46,064 nt of DNA from a bacterium (GTDB lineage Bacteria; JAHJDO01). This document shows, piece by piece, positions 26,676-37,158 of the stretch. How positions within the stretch are numbered: position 1 is the first letter of the stretch; each line of letters begins with the position of its first letter. A model generated the notes under the pieces. That model did not search any database and was not told the DNA's origin. It saw only the letters and a program-made list of their open reading frames with translations. Where the stretch lies: NCBI GenBank assembly GCA_043824255.1, contig JBDRTG010000026.1, positions 1 to 46,064 on the forward strand, read 5' to 3'. Made by a program: the position numbers and the translations under genes.

Positions 26676-27321
26676 TTTTTACAATTTCGCCCTTTTCCAT
26701 ATATATGATTCTGCCAACAATATTTTTAATCTGTCTTTCCCTTGCAGTTGCGATGAATACCAATCTGTTATTCTTCCCTGAATAATCCTGTATTAATCTG
26801 TTCGCCAATTCAATTCCGTCTTCATCCATAGATATAAAAGGCTCGTCAAAGAGCAATATTTGAGGCTCATGTAATATTGAACGAATGATATTCAGCTTCT
26901 GCCGCATTCCTGACGAATATAACCCTGCCAGAGTATCTCTGCTGTTTTCTAATCCAAATTTGGACATTAAATAGTTTGTCCTTTCTGTAATATTTTTTTC
27001 GCTCATTCCATAGAACCTCCCAAAAAATACAAGATTCTGCAATCCTGTTAATCTCCAGTGCAGGCATCTGGAATCAGCAGGCAGCCACCCAATTCCGGGA
27101 TCAGGATAAATATCTTTATTTATTCTTACGATACCGCTACTCTGGATCAACAACCCAGCGATGATCTTTAATAACGTAGTCTTTCCGGCGCCGTTAGCAC
27201 CAACTAATCCAGCAATTTGCCCGCTTTCTATGGAAAGATTAATATTACTTAGCGCTTTGATGTTTCTTCCATCCGAGCGAAATATCTTTGTTAAATCTAT
27301 TATTTTTATGGCATGCTTCAT
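26668..27321 (-). CDS. ABC exporter ATP-binding subunit
   Basis: GANGAGKTT, YSSGMRQK, LLFDEP. ATG 27321 preferred. Confidence 0.88.
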   Translation of the reverse strand: MKHAIKIIDLTKIFRSDGRNIKALSNINLSIESGQIAGLVGANGAGKTTLLKIIAGLLIQSSGIVRINKDIYPDPGIGWLPADSRCLHWRLTGLQNLVFFGRFYGMSEKNITERTNYLMSKFGLENSRDTLAGLYSSGMRQKLNIIRSILHEPQILLFDEPFISMDEDGIELANRLIQDYSGKNNRLVFIATARERQIKNIVGRIIYMEKGEIVKNV

Positions 27322-27408
27322 GTTGCATCCATATAATTTAAAGTTATTGATTTTGATTTTATAGTAGAAATTTGATATTATCAAGTTATTAGAGAAGGTG
27401 TGGGCAAT

Positions 27409-28371
27409 ATGCGGAAGCACAAAGTATTAGCCATCGTGTTATTTTTCTTCCTGTTATGTTGTATTAATTCAAGCATCTCTTCCAAAGAGAATATTTCACT
27501 GGATTATGTTGTTGGTCCCGGGGATGAACTATCCATAACTGTTTGGGGGCACGATGATCTGAACAGGGATGTAACAGTCAGCAGAAAAGGAGATATAACA
27601 ATAGCTCCTCTGGCAGTTATACATGTTGCAGGAATGACAATTAGGCAGGTTGAGAGCGAGGTAAAGAAGATATTTTTAAAATATGTTCTGCATCCTATCG
27701 TCACAGTCTCAATAAAAGAATATAAGAGCCAAAAGATTATTGTGCTTGGCGAGGTAGCTGGTACACCTACAAAAGCAGGGGTAAGCGGACCTGGGGTACA
27801 TACATTGAAAGGCAAAACAGAGTTTCTGGAGTTTTTTATGTCAGTAGGAGGTCCTACCAAAAATGCAGATATAAAGCGTATAAAACTGATAAAGCAGAAC
27901 GGAGAAATAACCACAATTGATTTGAACAATTATGTATTAAAGCCAAAACTAGAACAAAGCATTTATGTGGAAAGTGGAGATAGATTATTTATCCCTCCAA
28001 TTATTATAGATAAAGTTTTTGTTATGGGAGAAGTTAAATCTCCACGAGTTGTTCCTTATCATGCAGAAATGAGACTTATGGAGGCTATCACAGAAGCTGG
28101 AAGCTTTACAGAAAGCGCAACTATAAGAAGCACAAAAGTTGTGAGAGGCAGTTTTGAGAAACCAGAGGTCATCTCTGTAGCGACCAGAAAAATATTTAGA
28201 AAGGGATCTATTAAGGATAATATCCTTCTTGAACCGGGAGACATAATATACGTTCCCAGGTCAACGATTGGAAGCATAAACTACTTTATTAAACAAATTC
28301 TGCCAAGTTTACAATTAGCCGCCTTTACCAATGCATTGGCTACAACTGCCGCCTTAAGAACAGTTAAATAG
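27409..28371 (+). CDS. wza: Polysaccharide export protein (Wza/OPX, SLBB domains)
   Basis: DYVVGPGDELSITVW, G.I, two SLBB repeats (V.GEV), LEPGDIIYVP. Confidence 0.85.
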   Translation: MRKHKVLAIVLFFFLLCCINSSISSKENISLDYVVGPGDELSITVWGHDDLNRDVTVSRKGDITIAPLAVIHVAGMTIRQVESEVKKIFLKYVLHPIVTVSIKEYKSQKIIVLGEVAGTPTKAGVSGPGVHTLKGKTEFLEFFMSVGGPTKNADIKRIKLIKQNGEITTIDLNNYVLKPKLEQSIYVESGDRLFIPPIIIDKVFVMGEVKSPRVVPYHAEMRLMEAITEAGSFTESATIRSTKVVRGSFEKPEVISVATRKIFRKGSIKDNILLEPGDIIYVPRSTIGSINYFIKQILPSLQLAAFTNALATTAALRTVK

Positions 28372-28379
28372 GAGAAAAC

Positions 28380-30347
28380 ATGCCAGCATATGAAATGGAC
28401 ATTCATGATTACTGGCGTGTTATAAACAGAAGAAGAATCCGCATAGCACTATTCGTTTTATTAACTGTAACAGCCACGATTTTCTACACAAATATGCAAA
28501 CGCCTATTTACAAAACATCATCTATAATCAAGGTGGAAAAAAGAAAAGCAATCGCCACAATACTTACGGATATTGTTACATATTCCCCGGGAGATACGAT
28601 GGAGTCCGAATGCGCGAATATTACAAGCTTTAATGTTCTGGGAAAGGTAGCTCAGCAGATAGGATTGGTAAAGAAGGATACTTCCCCTATAGAAAAAGAA
28701 GAAATAATAAGAAACTTGAAAAATGATGTAAAAACAGAAGTTATCGGCGATACTAATCAAATAAGAATTTCTGTATCCTCTGACAATGGAGAAAAAGCCC
28801 AAACACTGGCAAATAAAATAGCTGAGGTATACGTGCTAGAACACCACCTTTCAAAAATAGAAGAGGCTCAAAATGTCAAAAAATTTATTGAGGCACAACT
28901 TAAAAACTATCAGAGAGCTTTAAGTGAAAGCGAAAGAAGCCTCTATGAATTTCGCAGTAAAAACCCGATGTTTGATATTAAGAAAAAAGAGAATATAGAC
29001 TATTCAAACCAGCTAACTAAGGTTGTTGAACTTGAGAAAAAAGCAGTTGAGTTGGAAGTTCAACTTTCAACTCTTTTAACTGAGTATACTGAGAAATACC
29101 CACCTGTTGAACTTATTAAGGGAAAAATTCAAAAAATCCGTAACGATATTGATGTTGAAAGAATAAAACTTCTCTCAAAAAAGAAAGACGCTTCGGAAAA
29201 AGAAATTGAGTTAGCTCAATTAAACAGAGATATCATAATTAATGAAACTATTTATTCAATGTTTAAGAATAAATTTGAAGAAGCTAGAATAATGGAAGCT
29301 GAAAAAGCAAAGGAAATAACAATTGTCGAACCTGCTCCTTTACCTAGAAGGCCCACAAGTCCAAAGAAGGGAACAAACGTTATGATAGGAGCTATCATAG
29401 GAGTAATTCTTGGGCTGATATTTGCGTTTGTCTCAGAAGCATTGGATACTTCCATCGGTACAATTGACGATATGGAGGAATTTCTTAAGGTCTCTGTAAT
29501 AGGCGTTGTTCCTCACATTAAATCTTCTGAAGGAAAGCTAAGATTCTGGAGAAAATTATTTGTTAAAGACAAAGGGAAAGAGCCATACTATAAGAAGCTT
29601 ATAACCCATTTTGAACCTAAAAGCCCGATATCTGAGGCATTTCGTATTATTAGAACGAATTTAGAGACTTTAAAGACAACAAAAGCTTGTAAAACTCTGC
29701 TTTTTACCAGTTCCGGTTTACATGAGGGAAAAACAATGGTACTGTCAAATGTTGGTGTCGTATTGGCCCAAATGGGAAAGAGAGTTCTTTTAGTAGAAGC
29801 AGACTTTAGAAAACCTATATTGAAGGACATGTTTGGAATAAACAGAGAACCTGGCCTTACAAATTACCTCATAGGACAGCTTGACTGGAGGGACGCCGTG
29901 CAGACATCAACCGATATCCTGTTGGGAAAACTGGGATTTGACGCAACACTTAAGACCCCGGGGATTGAAAATCTTCATATCTTAACTGCCGGGATAATCC
30001 CATCTAATCCTGCAGAGCTGTTGCAGTCAGAAAACATGAAAACCTTTATAAATGAATCAAAAAAAGAATTTGACATTGTGCTTTATGATACTCCCCCCAT
30101 TCTTCCTGTTACTGATGCTATAATAATAAGTAAATTGGTGGATGGCGTAATATTAATATACCAGGTTGGGAGAACCTCACGCCACGCAGTTATAAGAGCA
30201 AAGAGCCATCTTGAAAAAGCAGAAGCGAAAGTACTGGGTATAATTCTCAACGATATAAAGATAGACATGGAAATAGATACATCAAGTTACTATAAGTATC
30301 GCTATTACACCTCTATTCCAGAAGAGGAAAAGACCAATCCCTCGTAA
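28380..30347 (+). CDS. wzc: Polysaccharide co-polymerase / BY-kinase
   Basis: Wzz N-domain, coiled coil, P..P.SPK, SEAFRIIRTN, SSGLHEGKT, DFRKP, DTPP, Tyr cluster YYKYRYY. Confidence 0.92.
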   Translation: MPAYEMDIHDYWRVINRRRIRIALFVLLTVTATIFYTNMQTPIYKTSSIIKVEKRKAIATILTDIVTYSPGDTMESECANITSFNVLGKVAQQIGLVKKDTSPIEKEEIIRNLKNDVKTEVIGDTNQIRISVSSDNGEKAQTLANKIAEVYVLEHHLSKIEEAQNVKKFIEAQLKNYQRALSESERSLYEFRSKNPMFDIKKKENIDYSNQLTKVVELEKKAVELEVQLSTLLTEYTEKYPPVELIKGKIQKIRNDIDVERIKLLSKKKDASEKEIELAQLNRDIIINETIYSMFKNKFEEARIMEAEKAKEITIVEPAPLPRRPTSPKKGTNVMIGAIIGVILGLIFAFVSEALDTSIGTIDDMEEFLKVSVIGVVPHIKSSEGKLRFWRKLFVKDKGKEPYYKKLITHFEPKSPISEAFRIIRTNLETLKTTKACKTLLFTSSGLHEGKTMVLSNVGVVLAQMGKRVLLVEADFRKPILKDMFGINREPGLTNYLIGQLDWRDAVQTSTDILLGKLGFDATLKTPGIENLHILTAGIIPSNPAELLQSENMKTFINESKKEFDIVLYDTPPILPVTDAIIISKLVDGVILIYQVGRTSRHAVIRAKSHLEKAEAKVLGIILNDIKIDMEIDTSSYYKYRYYTSIPEEEKTNPS

Positions 30348-31693
30348 TGCCATTAAAAACTCCTCTTTCAGCCAGAGTAACATGGATACTGCCGATAGTC
30401 TTTATTTTTCTTAGCCTAATACTGGGCAAGCTTGTAGCCACTACGTCAGCTTACATGCCGCTGCTTCTGGTAGTTGGCGTGAGCGTCCTGATTCTTGCCT
30501 TAATTCGCATAGATTATGCCTTCTTTCTTCTGATATTTTCTATGCTTCTTTCTCCTGAGCTGGGCGCTGGAACAGCAGGAGGAAGAGATATAACGATCAG
30601 AGTGGAGGATATCCTGCTTGCTGTAATAACATTTGCGTGGCTTGGGCGAATAGCAATAAACAATAAACTGGGAGTCTTTGCAAAGACTCCTCTGAATAAA
30701 CCCATAGCATTCTATTCTCTTATATGTGTTCTCTCAACATCTATAGGCATTATTACAGGCAGGGTGGACGCATTAAAGGGAACATTTTTTGTGGTCAAAT
30801 ATATTGAATATTTTCTTCTATATTTCATGGTTGTAAATACAATAAATTCAAAAAAACAGATTAAAATGTATTTAACAGCGTTATTTGTTACTTGCTTTTT
30901 AGTCTCAATTTATGGAATGAGTCAAATAGGAACAGGAAGAGTCTCTGCTCCTTTTGAAGGAGAGGTGGGAGAGCCAAATACATTGGGCGGTTATATGATT
31001 TTCATAATGGCATTAGCTCTTGGATTGCTTGTTTATATAAAGAGCAAGCGTATAAAATATTCATTGTTAGCCTTAATTGCTTCAATTGTACCGCCTTTTC
31101 TCTTTACTCTTTCAAGGGCATCATATATGGCTCTATTTCCTATGTATTTTTCTATTATCTGGTTTGGAAAAGTAAAAAGTAAATTAGTTCTTATTTTTAT
31201 CATTATTGTCCTGCTCGGATTATTTTTTGTTCCTAAAGAAGTAAAAAAACGAGTGGAATATACATTCAAACCGCAAAGAGAAGCTCAGGTAAAGATAGGG
31301 GATATAACTCTTGGGCCCTCTACATCCGCAAGAATTATAAGCTGGAAAACAGGAATAAAAGACTGGAGAAATCATCCTATTCTAGGATATGGTACTACAG
31401 GATATGCATTTATCGACGGGCAATACATCAGAACGCTTATTGAATCCGGGATATTAGGCCTTATAGGTCTTATGTGGATAATTATTGCTGTTATTAAAAA
31501 TACCATAAAAAACTTAAAGCAACAAACCGATTCTCTATATAGGGGGTTATGTCTCGGATTTCTGGCGGGGCTTATCGGGCTTATGGTTCATGCTATAACA
31601 GCAAACACATTCATAATTATCAGAATAATGGAACCCTTCTGGTTTGTGGCAGGGATGGTGGTGGCTACTCCGGGTTTGAAAGAGAATAAATGA
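30347..31693 (+). CDS. O-antigen ligase/Wzy-family polymerase
   Basis: About 11 TM segments, EPNTLGGY, TLSRAS, S.RI..W, HPILGYG. Confidence 0.8.
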   Translation: MPLKTPLSARVTWILPIVFIFLSLILGKLVATTSAYMPLLLVVGVSVLILALIRIDYAFFLLIFSMLLSPELGAGTAGGRDITIRVEDILLAVITFAWLGRIAINNKLGVFAKTPLNKPIAFYSLICVLSTSIGIITGRVDALKGTFFVVKYIEYFLLYFMVVNTINSKKQIKMYLTALFVTCFLVSIYGMSQIGTGRVSAPFEGEVGEPNTLGGYMIFIMALALGLLVYIKSKRIKYSLLALIASIVPPFLFTLSRASYMALFPMYFSIIWFGKVKSKLVLIFIIIVLLGLFFVPKEVKKRVEYTFKPQREAQVKIGDITLGPSTSARIISWKTGIKDWRNHPILGYGTTGYAFIDGQYIRTLIESGILGLIGLMWIIIAVIKNTIKNLKQQTDSLYRGLCLGFLAGLIGLMVHAITANTFIIIRIMEPFWFVAGMVVATPGLKENK

Positions 31694-33252
31694 AAGTTGC
31701 TGACAAGCTCACTAAAAACACATTATTTAATGTAGGCGGATATAGCTGGGGATTACTTGTAAGTCTATGTTTAACTCCATACATTATCTCAAGACTTGGT
31801 ATTCAGTATTATGGTGTATGGGCAATCATGGGCGTAGTTATAAATTATTTCAGCCTTCTTGATATACCCTCTGTCGGGTCTTCGTTTGTCAAATATATAG
31901 CCGAATTTCAAGCTAAAAAGGAATTCAAAAACATTAATGCGATCATAGGACTCGGGCTGGTTTATTATCTTGCATTCTGGATAATCATTACTGTTATAGT
32001 ATTTATTTTTAAACATCAGGTAGTTGGTTTCTTCAAAATGCCTGTTTCTCTCGGTTCTGATGTATATTTTGTATTATTTGGAATCTTAGCAGTAGCTTTA
32101 ATAAGAGGCACTTTTTCTGTCTTTCGCTCAGTGCTTTTGGGTCTTCAAAGAATGGATATAACCAATATAATCAGCATAGGAACTTCCCCATTTCTTATAG
32201 CTGGAACAATCATCGCCCTTGAAAGAGGATATGGCATTAAAGGACTTACTGTCAATGCAATTGTCTTTGCATGTCTTACTGCGATTTTGCAGACTGCGTT
32301 TGCCTTATCCCTGCTGTCTGATAAAAAGCCTTCAAGCTTTCTGTTCAGCAAAAAGCTTTTTAATAAAACCTTTGCATTTGGCATTAAAATTCAAGTTGCC
32401 AGATTTGCAGAGATAACAAATTTACAGGTAGACAAAATTCTTTTAGGGCATTTTATATCCATGACATCTGTAACATTCTATGAGCTTGGATCTAAAATAG
32501 CTAATCTCTGCAGAAACATTCCGAATCAACTACTTCCCGCAATACTTCCTGCTTCCTCTGAACTTGACGCTCAAGGAAAGAATTCAAAGCTTGAATCCTT
32601 ATACTTTCGCGGCACAAAATATATCTCCTTTATTGCGTTTCCTATTGCTTTTTTCTTCTGGCAGTTGTCTCCACAACTCATGCTGGTATGGATGGGTAAA
32701 ACTGGCTTTGAAACTGCGGTTCTGGCAATAAGATGGCTTGTTTTTGCGTATCTTATACAACTATTGGTAAGCATGGGAAGACTAATTGCCCGGGGGATGG
32801 GCGCACCTCAGTACGAGATGAAGTCTTCAATAGTCTTATCCATTCTAAATATTCTGTTCAGTATTTTGCTTATTATTAAGTTTGGTTTTATAGGAGCGCT
32901 TATCGGGACGTTTCTCGCAGCAGGTATTGCGTCAGCATACTTTCTTTTTCAGTTTCATAATTTTTCAAAATGGTCTTTTAAGAAATTAGTATCATATTCT
33001 TTTATGCCGTCCCTTATTGTCTCAATTATCTGCGTAGGAGTTATATTTATTCTGGATATAATAGCTGTTAGCTGTATAGGAATAAGAATAGATAGCAGGT
33101 TCTCTGCCGCAATATATACGTTTGTGAACCTTATTCTTTTTTCCGCGTTATATCTTTATGCAGCATTTAGATATAAGATCGTAGATAATTACGATAAAAT
33201 CATTATGACTTCTGCGCTGAAATTAATTTTTAAGAGAAAAAGCTTAAAATGA
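31690..33252 (+). CDS. wzx: Wzx-type flippase
   Basis: KNTLFN, TPYIISRLG..YGVW, QVDKILLG, multi-TM MOP-family pattern. Confidence 0.85.
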   Translation: MKVADKLTKNTLFNVGGYSWGLLVSLCLTPYIISRLGIQYYGVWAIMGVVINYFSLLDIPSVGSSFVKYIAEFQAKKEFKNINAIIGLGLVYYLAFWIIITVIVFIFKHQVVGFFKMPVSLGSDVYFVLFGILAVALIRGTFSVFRSVLLGLQRMDITNIISIGTSPFLIAGTIIALERGYGIKGLTVNAIVFACLTAILQTAFALSLLSDKKPSSFLFSKKLFNKTFAFGIKIQVARFAEITNLQVDKILLGHFISMTSVTFYELGSKIANLCRNIPNQLLPAILPASSELDAQGKNSKLESLYFRGTKYISFIAFPIAFFFWQLSPQLMLVWMGKTGFETAVLAIRWLVFAYLIQLLVSMGRLIARGMGAPQYEMKSSIVLSILNILFSILLIIKFGFIGALIGTFLAAGIASAYFLFQFHNFSKWSFKKLVSYSFMPSLIVSIICVGVIFILDIIAVSCIGIRIDSRFSAAIYTFVNLILFSALYLYAAFRYKIVDNYDKIIMTSALKLIFKRKSLK

Positions 33253-34262
33253 AAATCCTGTTTGTTAGTTATCATAACCCTAATTTTGTCACTATTACAG
33301 AATATGCCGAGAAGGCAATTAAGGATTTAGGGCATACTCTTATATCTTTTGATGACCGAAAGTTTGTATTTCCAGGAAGATTGAGGAACAGATTAGGTTT
33401 CTTACAACGTTTTGACCTGAATAATCTTAACAAAAGATTGGTCAAAACGGTCTGTGAATCAATGCCGGATTTACTTTTAGTCACAGGAGGGCATCGAATT
33501 TTTACCGATACTGTAGAAAAAATCAAAAACAAAGGAATTAAAACCGCTCTATGGACAATTGATCCACCTCATAATTTTCAGTCGATTATAAAATCTGCTC
33601 CTTATTATGATCATATATTTTGCGGCGGGAGCGAAGCAATGGAACTTTTAAATAAAGCAGGTATCAAAAAAACTCATTGGCTGCCTTTTGCATGCGATTC
33701 GCAACTACATAAGCCTGTAAAACTGACTCATGAAGAAAAACAGAAATATGGGAGCGATATTGCATTTATCGGGTCATACTATCCTAATAGAGGAGAGATT
33801 CTGAGCCGTCTTACTGATTTTAATCTTGCTATCTGGGGTCCTGGATGGGATAGGCTGTCCTCAAATCATCCTTTAAGAAAACATATAAACTGCGGACAGA
33901 TAAAACCTGATGACTGGTTAAAAATATATTGCGCGTCTAAAATAGCTGTGATCATTCATTATCAGGATGGAAAAGTCCCTTGCTATCAGGCAAGCCCAAA
34001 GGTTTATGAGACTCTTGCATGTAAATGTTTTGCGCTTGTAGATAATCAGAAAGATGTAAAGACTTTATTTAAAGATGGGAAACATCTTGTGATTTTCAAG
34101 GACACTGATGATTTAAAAGATAAAATCAAATATTATTTAGAACATCCTGAAGAAAGAGAAAAAATCGCAGAAGAAGGACATAAAGAGGTAATTAAGAAGC
34201 ATACTTATGTTCATAGAATTAAAAATTTGGTGGATATTATTGGAGAGCGTGAAGATGAATAA
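33249..34262 (+). CDS. Glycosyltransferase (CgeB/Glyco_trans_1_2-like)
   Basis: W.IDPP, LPFACD, DIAFIGS.YPNR, KVYETLAC, HTYVHR. Confidence 0.8.
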   Translation: MKILFVSYHNPNFVTITEYAEKAIKDLGHTLISFDDRKFVFPGRLRNRLGFLQRFDLNNLNKRLVKTVCESMPDLLLVTGGHRIFTDTVEKIKNKGIKTALWTIDPPHNFQSIIKSAPYYDHIFCGGSEAMELLNKAGIKKTHWLPFACDSQLHKPVKLTHEEKQKYGSDIAFIGSYYPNRGEILSRLTDFNLAIWGPGWDRLSSNHPLRKHINCGQIKPDDWLKIYCASKIAVIIHYQDGKVPCYQASPKVYETLACKCFALVDNQKDVKTLFKDGKHLVIFKDTDDLKDKIKYYLEHPEEREKIAEEGHKEVIKKHTYVHRIKNLVDIIGEREDE

Positions 34263-34965
34263 ATATAGAGAAAATTTATTTGAAAGTTACTTTGATTCAA
34301 TTTTTGGTAAGTCTAATGTGTTTTCTGAAAAAGCTCGTCGAGCCAGGACCGATAACTACGAGTTAAACTATGGTAAGTTTTTGCCTAAGAACAAAGATGC
34401 TAAAATTTTAGACATTGGTTCTGGAGCAGGCAATTTTTTGTATTTTTTGAAAAACAAGGGATACAAGAACTTTATGGGAATTGATATTTCTCCACAACAG
34501 GTTGATTTTTGTAAAAAGAATGTTTCTGAACATGTAGAGGTCGCGAACGCCTTTGAATTTTTAAAAGATAAAGAAATTTTTTATGATGTTATTGTAGCAA
34601 ATGATTTATTGGAACACATCGTAAAGGAAAAGACAATTGCATTTTTGCGCATGGTAAACAAGACATTGAAGAACAAAGGTGTATTGCTTATCAAGACGCC
34701 TAATATGGGAAATCCTTTCGGTATTTCATCGAGATATAGGGATTTTACTCATGAAATAGGATTTACAGAAAAGAGTTTATATCAGGTTTTATACATTGCC
34801 GGATTTAGAAACATTCAAGTTGTGGGGGCAATAGCAAAGGATAAGTGGATATTTAGAATTCTTAAAAAAATCATATATTTTTCTCTTAAAAAACTTTACT
34901 GGTATCAGGGTTTTGTTGCCCAGGAGATTTTGAATTCCAACTTGATAGCAGTGGCCAAAAAATGA
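34255..34965 (+). CDS. Class I SAM-dependent methyltransferase
   Basis: ILDIGSGAG, GIDIS, DLLEH, TPN, DFTH. ATG 34255 preferred. Confidence 0.85.
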   Translation: MNKYRENLFESYFDSIFGKSNVFSEKARRARTDNYELNYGKFLPKNKDAKILDIGSGAGNFLYFLKNKGYKNFMGIDISPQQVDFCKKNVSEHVEVANAFEFLKDKEIFYDVIVANDLLEHIVKEKTIAFLRMVNKTLKNKGVLLIKTPNMGNPFGISSRYRDFTHEIGFTEKSLYQVLYIAGFRNIQVVGAIAKDKWIFRILKKIIYFSLKKLYWYQGFVAQEILNSNLIAVAKK

Positions 34966-36095
34966 GAAAAATTAAAGTTATACATTTAGTAGAGGATTTA
35001 AAAATTGGCGGACTTGAGAGAGTTGTTGCCACTATTGCTGAGGGACTTGATAAAGAGAAATACGATGTGGAAGTTTGGTGCGTTGCAAGAGACGGGGAGA
35101 TTGCTGATGAGTTAAAAGGGAAAGGAATTAAAGTGAAAATTTTAGGCATACTAACCTATCATAATCCTTTTAATATTTTAAGACTTGTCTCTGCTATGAG
35201 AAAAGCAAACCCGGATATAATCCATACTCACGGTTATTTTGCTAACACTGCAGGAAGATTAGCAGGTCTTTTAGCAAGAATTCCGATAATTCTAGCTCAC
35301 CTACACAGCACATATTATTATTATAAAAAGAGACATTTTCTAATCGAGAAATTTTTAAGTCTATTTACGAGTAAGATAATATGTTGCTCTGAGGCAGTGA
35401 AACAATTTGCTGTAAATTATGAGAAGGTAAATTCTAATAAGTTAATAATTATCTATAACGGGATCGACTTACAGAACTTTTGTCAATTCGGCAACTTACG
35501 AGAAACTAGAAAAAGGCTCGGTTTATCTGATAAAGAAAAAGTCATAGGAAGTGTAGGGCGCTTGAAGGAAGTGAAAGGATATAAATTTTTATTAGAGGCA
35601 GCAACCCGAGTAGTAAAAGAAATTTTCGGCGTAAAATTTCTTATTATAGGGGATGGGAGTTTAAGAGAAGAGCTTGAAAAATTAACAAAAAATTTAGGTT
35701 TAAAGCAGAAGGTAATCTTCACAGGAAAGCAAAAAGATATTTCAGAGTTATTAGGAATAATGGATATATTCGTATTTCCCTCTTTGCTGGAGGGTTTGGG
35801 GATAGCTGCGATAGAAGCAATGGCTTTTGGACTTCCGATAGTTGCAACAAACGTAGGAGGAATTCCTGAAATTGTCAATGATAGAAAGAGCGGATTTCTG
35901 GTTCCTCCAAAAGATTCCCATGCATTAGCTATAAAAATAATTGAGCTACTCAAGGATGGGGGAAAAGCTCAAAAAATGGGAAGGATTGGGAAAGAAATTT
36001 TTGAAAAAAAGTTTACTTCCAAAATAATGATTCGGGAAATTGAGAGATTATATGAAGAAGCAATTCAAAATACTTTACATATCCCATTTCGGTAA
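34962..36095 (+). CDS. GT4 glycosyltransferase
   Basis: GGLER, IYNGID, VGRL..KG, EGLGIAAIEAMA..PIVATNVGG. Confidence 0.9.
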   Translation: MRKIKVIHLVEDLKIGGLERVVATIAEGLDKEKYDVEVWCVARDGEIADELKGKGIKVKILGILTYHNPFNILRLVSAMRKANPDIIHTHGYFANTAGRLAGLLARIPIILAHLHSTYYYYKKRHFLIEKFLSLFTSKIICCSEAVKQFAVNYEKVNSNKLIIIYNGIDLQNFCQFGNLRETRKRLGLSDKEKVIGSVGRLKEVKGYKFLLEAATRVVKEIFGVKFLIIGDGSLREELEKLTKNLGLKQKVIFTGKQKDISELLGIMDIFVFPSLLEGLGIAAIEAMAFGLPIVATNVGGIPEIVNDRKSGFLVPPKDSHALAIKIIELLKDGGKAQKMGRIGKEIFEKKFTSKIMIREIERLYEEAIQNTLHIPFR

Positions 36096-37158
36096 ATTTG
36101 TCGGGGGCGGACAAAAGGGGCTGCTTTATATGCTAGAGCGGATAAATAGAGACCGCTTTGAGCCTATTGTAATTGCTCCGTCTCAAGGCTCATTTCTTGA
36201 TAGAGCTGCAAAACTGGGCATATCAACGAAGTGTCTAAAAATGGGTAAGTTATTAAATCCATTGAATCTCATAACCACTGTTCCTAGGGTTATGAAGCTT
36301 ATTTGGAAAGAAGAAGTTGATTTGATTTATACTGATTCACCAAGAGAAGGCATATATGGAGGCATTGCAGCCAGAATTACAGGGAGCCCTCTTATATATC
36401 ATGCACGCGTAAGTGACAAAAGCAGATTGGACAAATTAATCTATTTTTTATCTACTAAAGTAATCGCGGTTTCAAAGGCAAGCGCAGAAAGATTTAAAAA
36501 CAGTGAAAAGGTAAAGATAATTTATAATGCGATAGATCTGAATGAATTCAATCCCAACATAGACGGCAGTAAAATAAGAGAGGAATTTAATGTGCCTAAT
36601 ATTTTAATAGGAACTGTAGCCCAACTTATTCCGGAAAAAGGACAAAAAGACCTACTGCTTGCTACTGCTGATATTCTCAAGACTTATCCAAGAGTCAAGT
36701 TTATAATTGTTGGAGATGGAAATATTGGATACAGGAAAGAGTTAGAAAAATTATGCAGGGAATTAGGAATTACTGACAATATAGTGTTTACTGGATTTCG
36801 CGAAGACATCCCGCAAATAATGTCATCTATTGACATTTTTGTTTTGTCTACATCATGGAATGAAGGGCTTTGTCGGGCAATACTAGAAGCTATGGGAGCA
36901 GCGAAACCTGTAATCACAACCGATGTTGGCGGAAATTCTGAAACTGTGGTAGATGGGATTACAGGGGTTCTTCTCCCATACCGAAGTCCTTTTTTGCTAA
37001 AGGATGCACTGCTTGAACTTATAAGGGATAAGCAGAAGAGAGAAGAAATGGGGAAACAAGGAAGAGAACGAGTTATAAAGCTTTTTAATATTGATGAAAA
37101 CATAAAAAGAATAGAGAAAGTATACGAAGAATTGACGCTAGAGGAAAAAAATGATTAA
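36052..37158 (+). CDS. GT4 glycosyltransferase
   Basis: GGGQ, IYNAID, EKGQ, EGLCRAILEAM..PVITTDVGG. Confidence 0.9.
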   Translation: MKKQFKILYISHFGKFVGGGQKGLLYMLERINRDRFEPIVIAPSQGSFLDRAAKLGISTKCLKMGKLLNPLNLITTVPRVMKLIWKEEVDLIYTDSPREGIYGGIAARITGSPLIYHARVSDKSRLDKLIYFLSTKVIAVSKASAERFKNSEKVKIIYNAIDLNEFNPNIDGSKIREEFNVPNILIGTVAQLIPEKGQKDLLLATADILKTYPRVKFIIVGDGNIGYRKELEKLCRELGITDNIVFTGFREDIPQIMSSIDIFVLSTSWNEGLCRAILEAMGAAKPVITTDVGGNSETVVDGITGVLLPYRSPFLLKDALLELIRDKQKREEMGKQGRERVIKLFNIDENIKRIEKVYEELTLEEKND

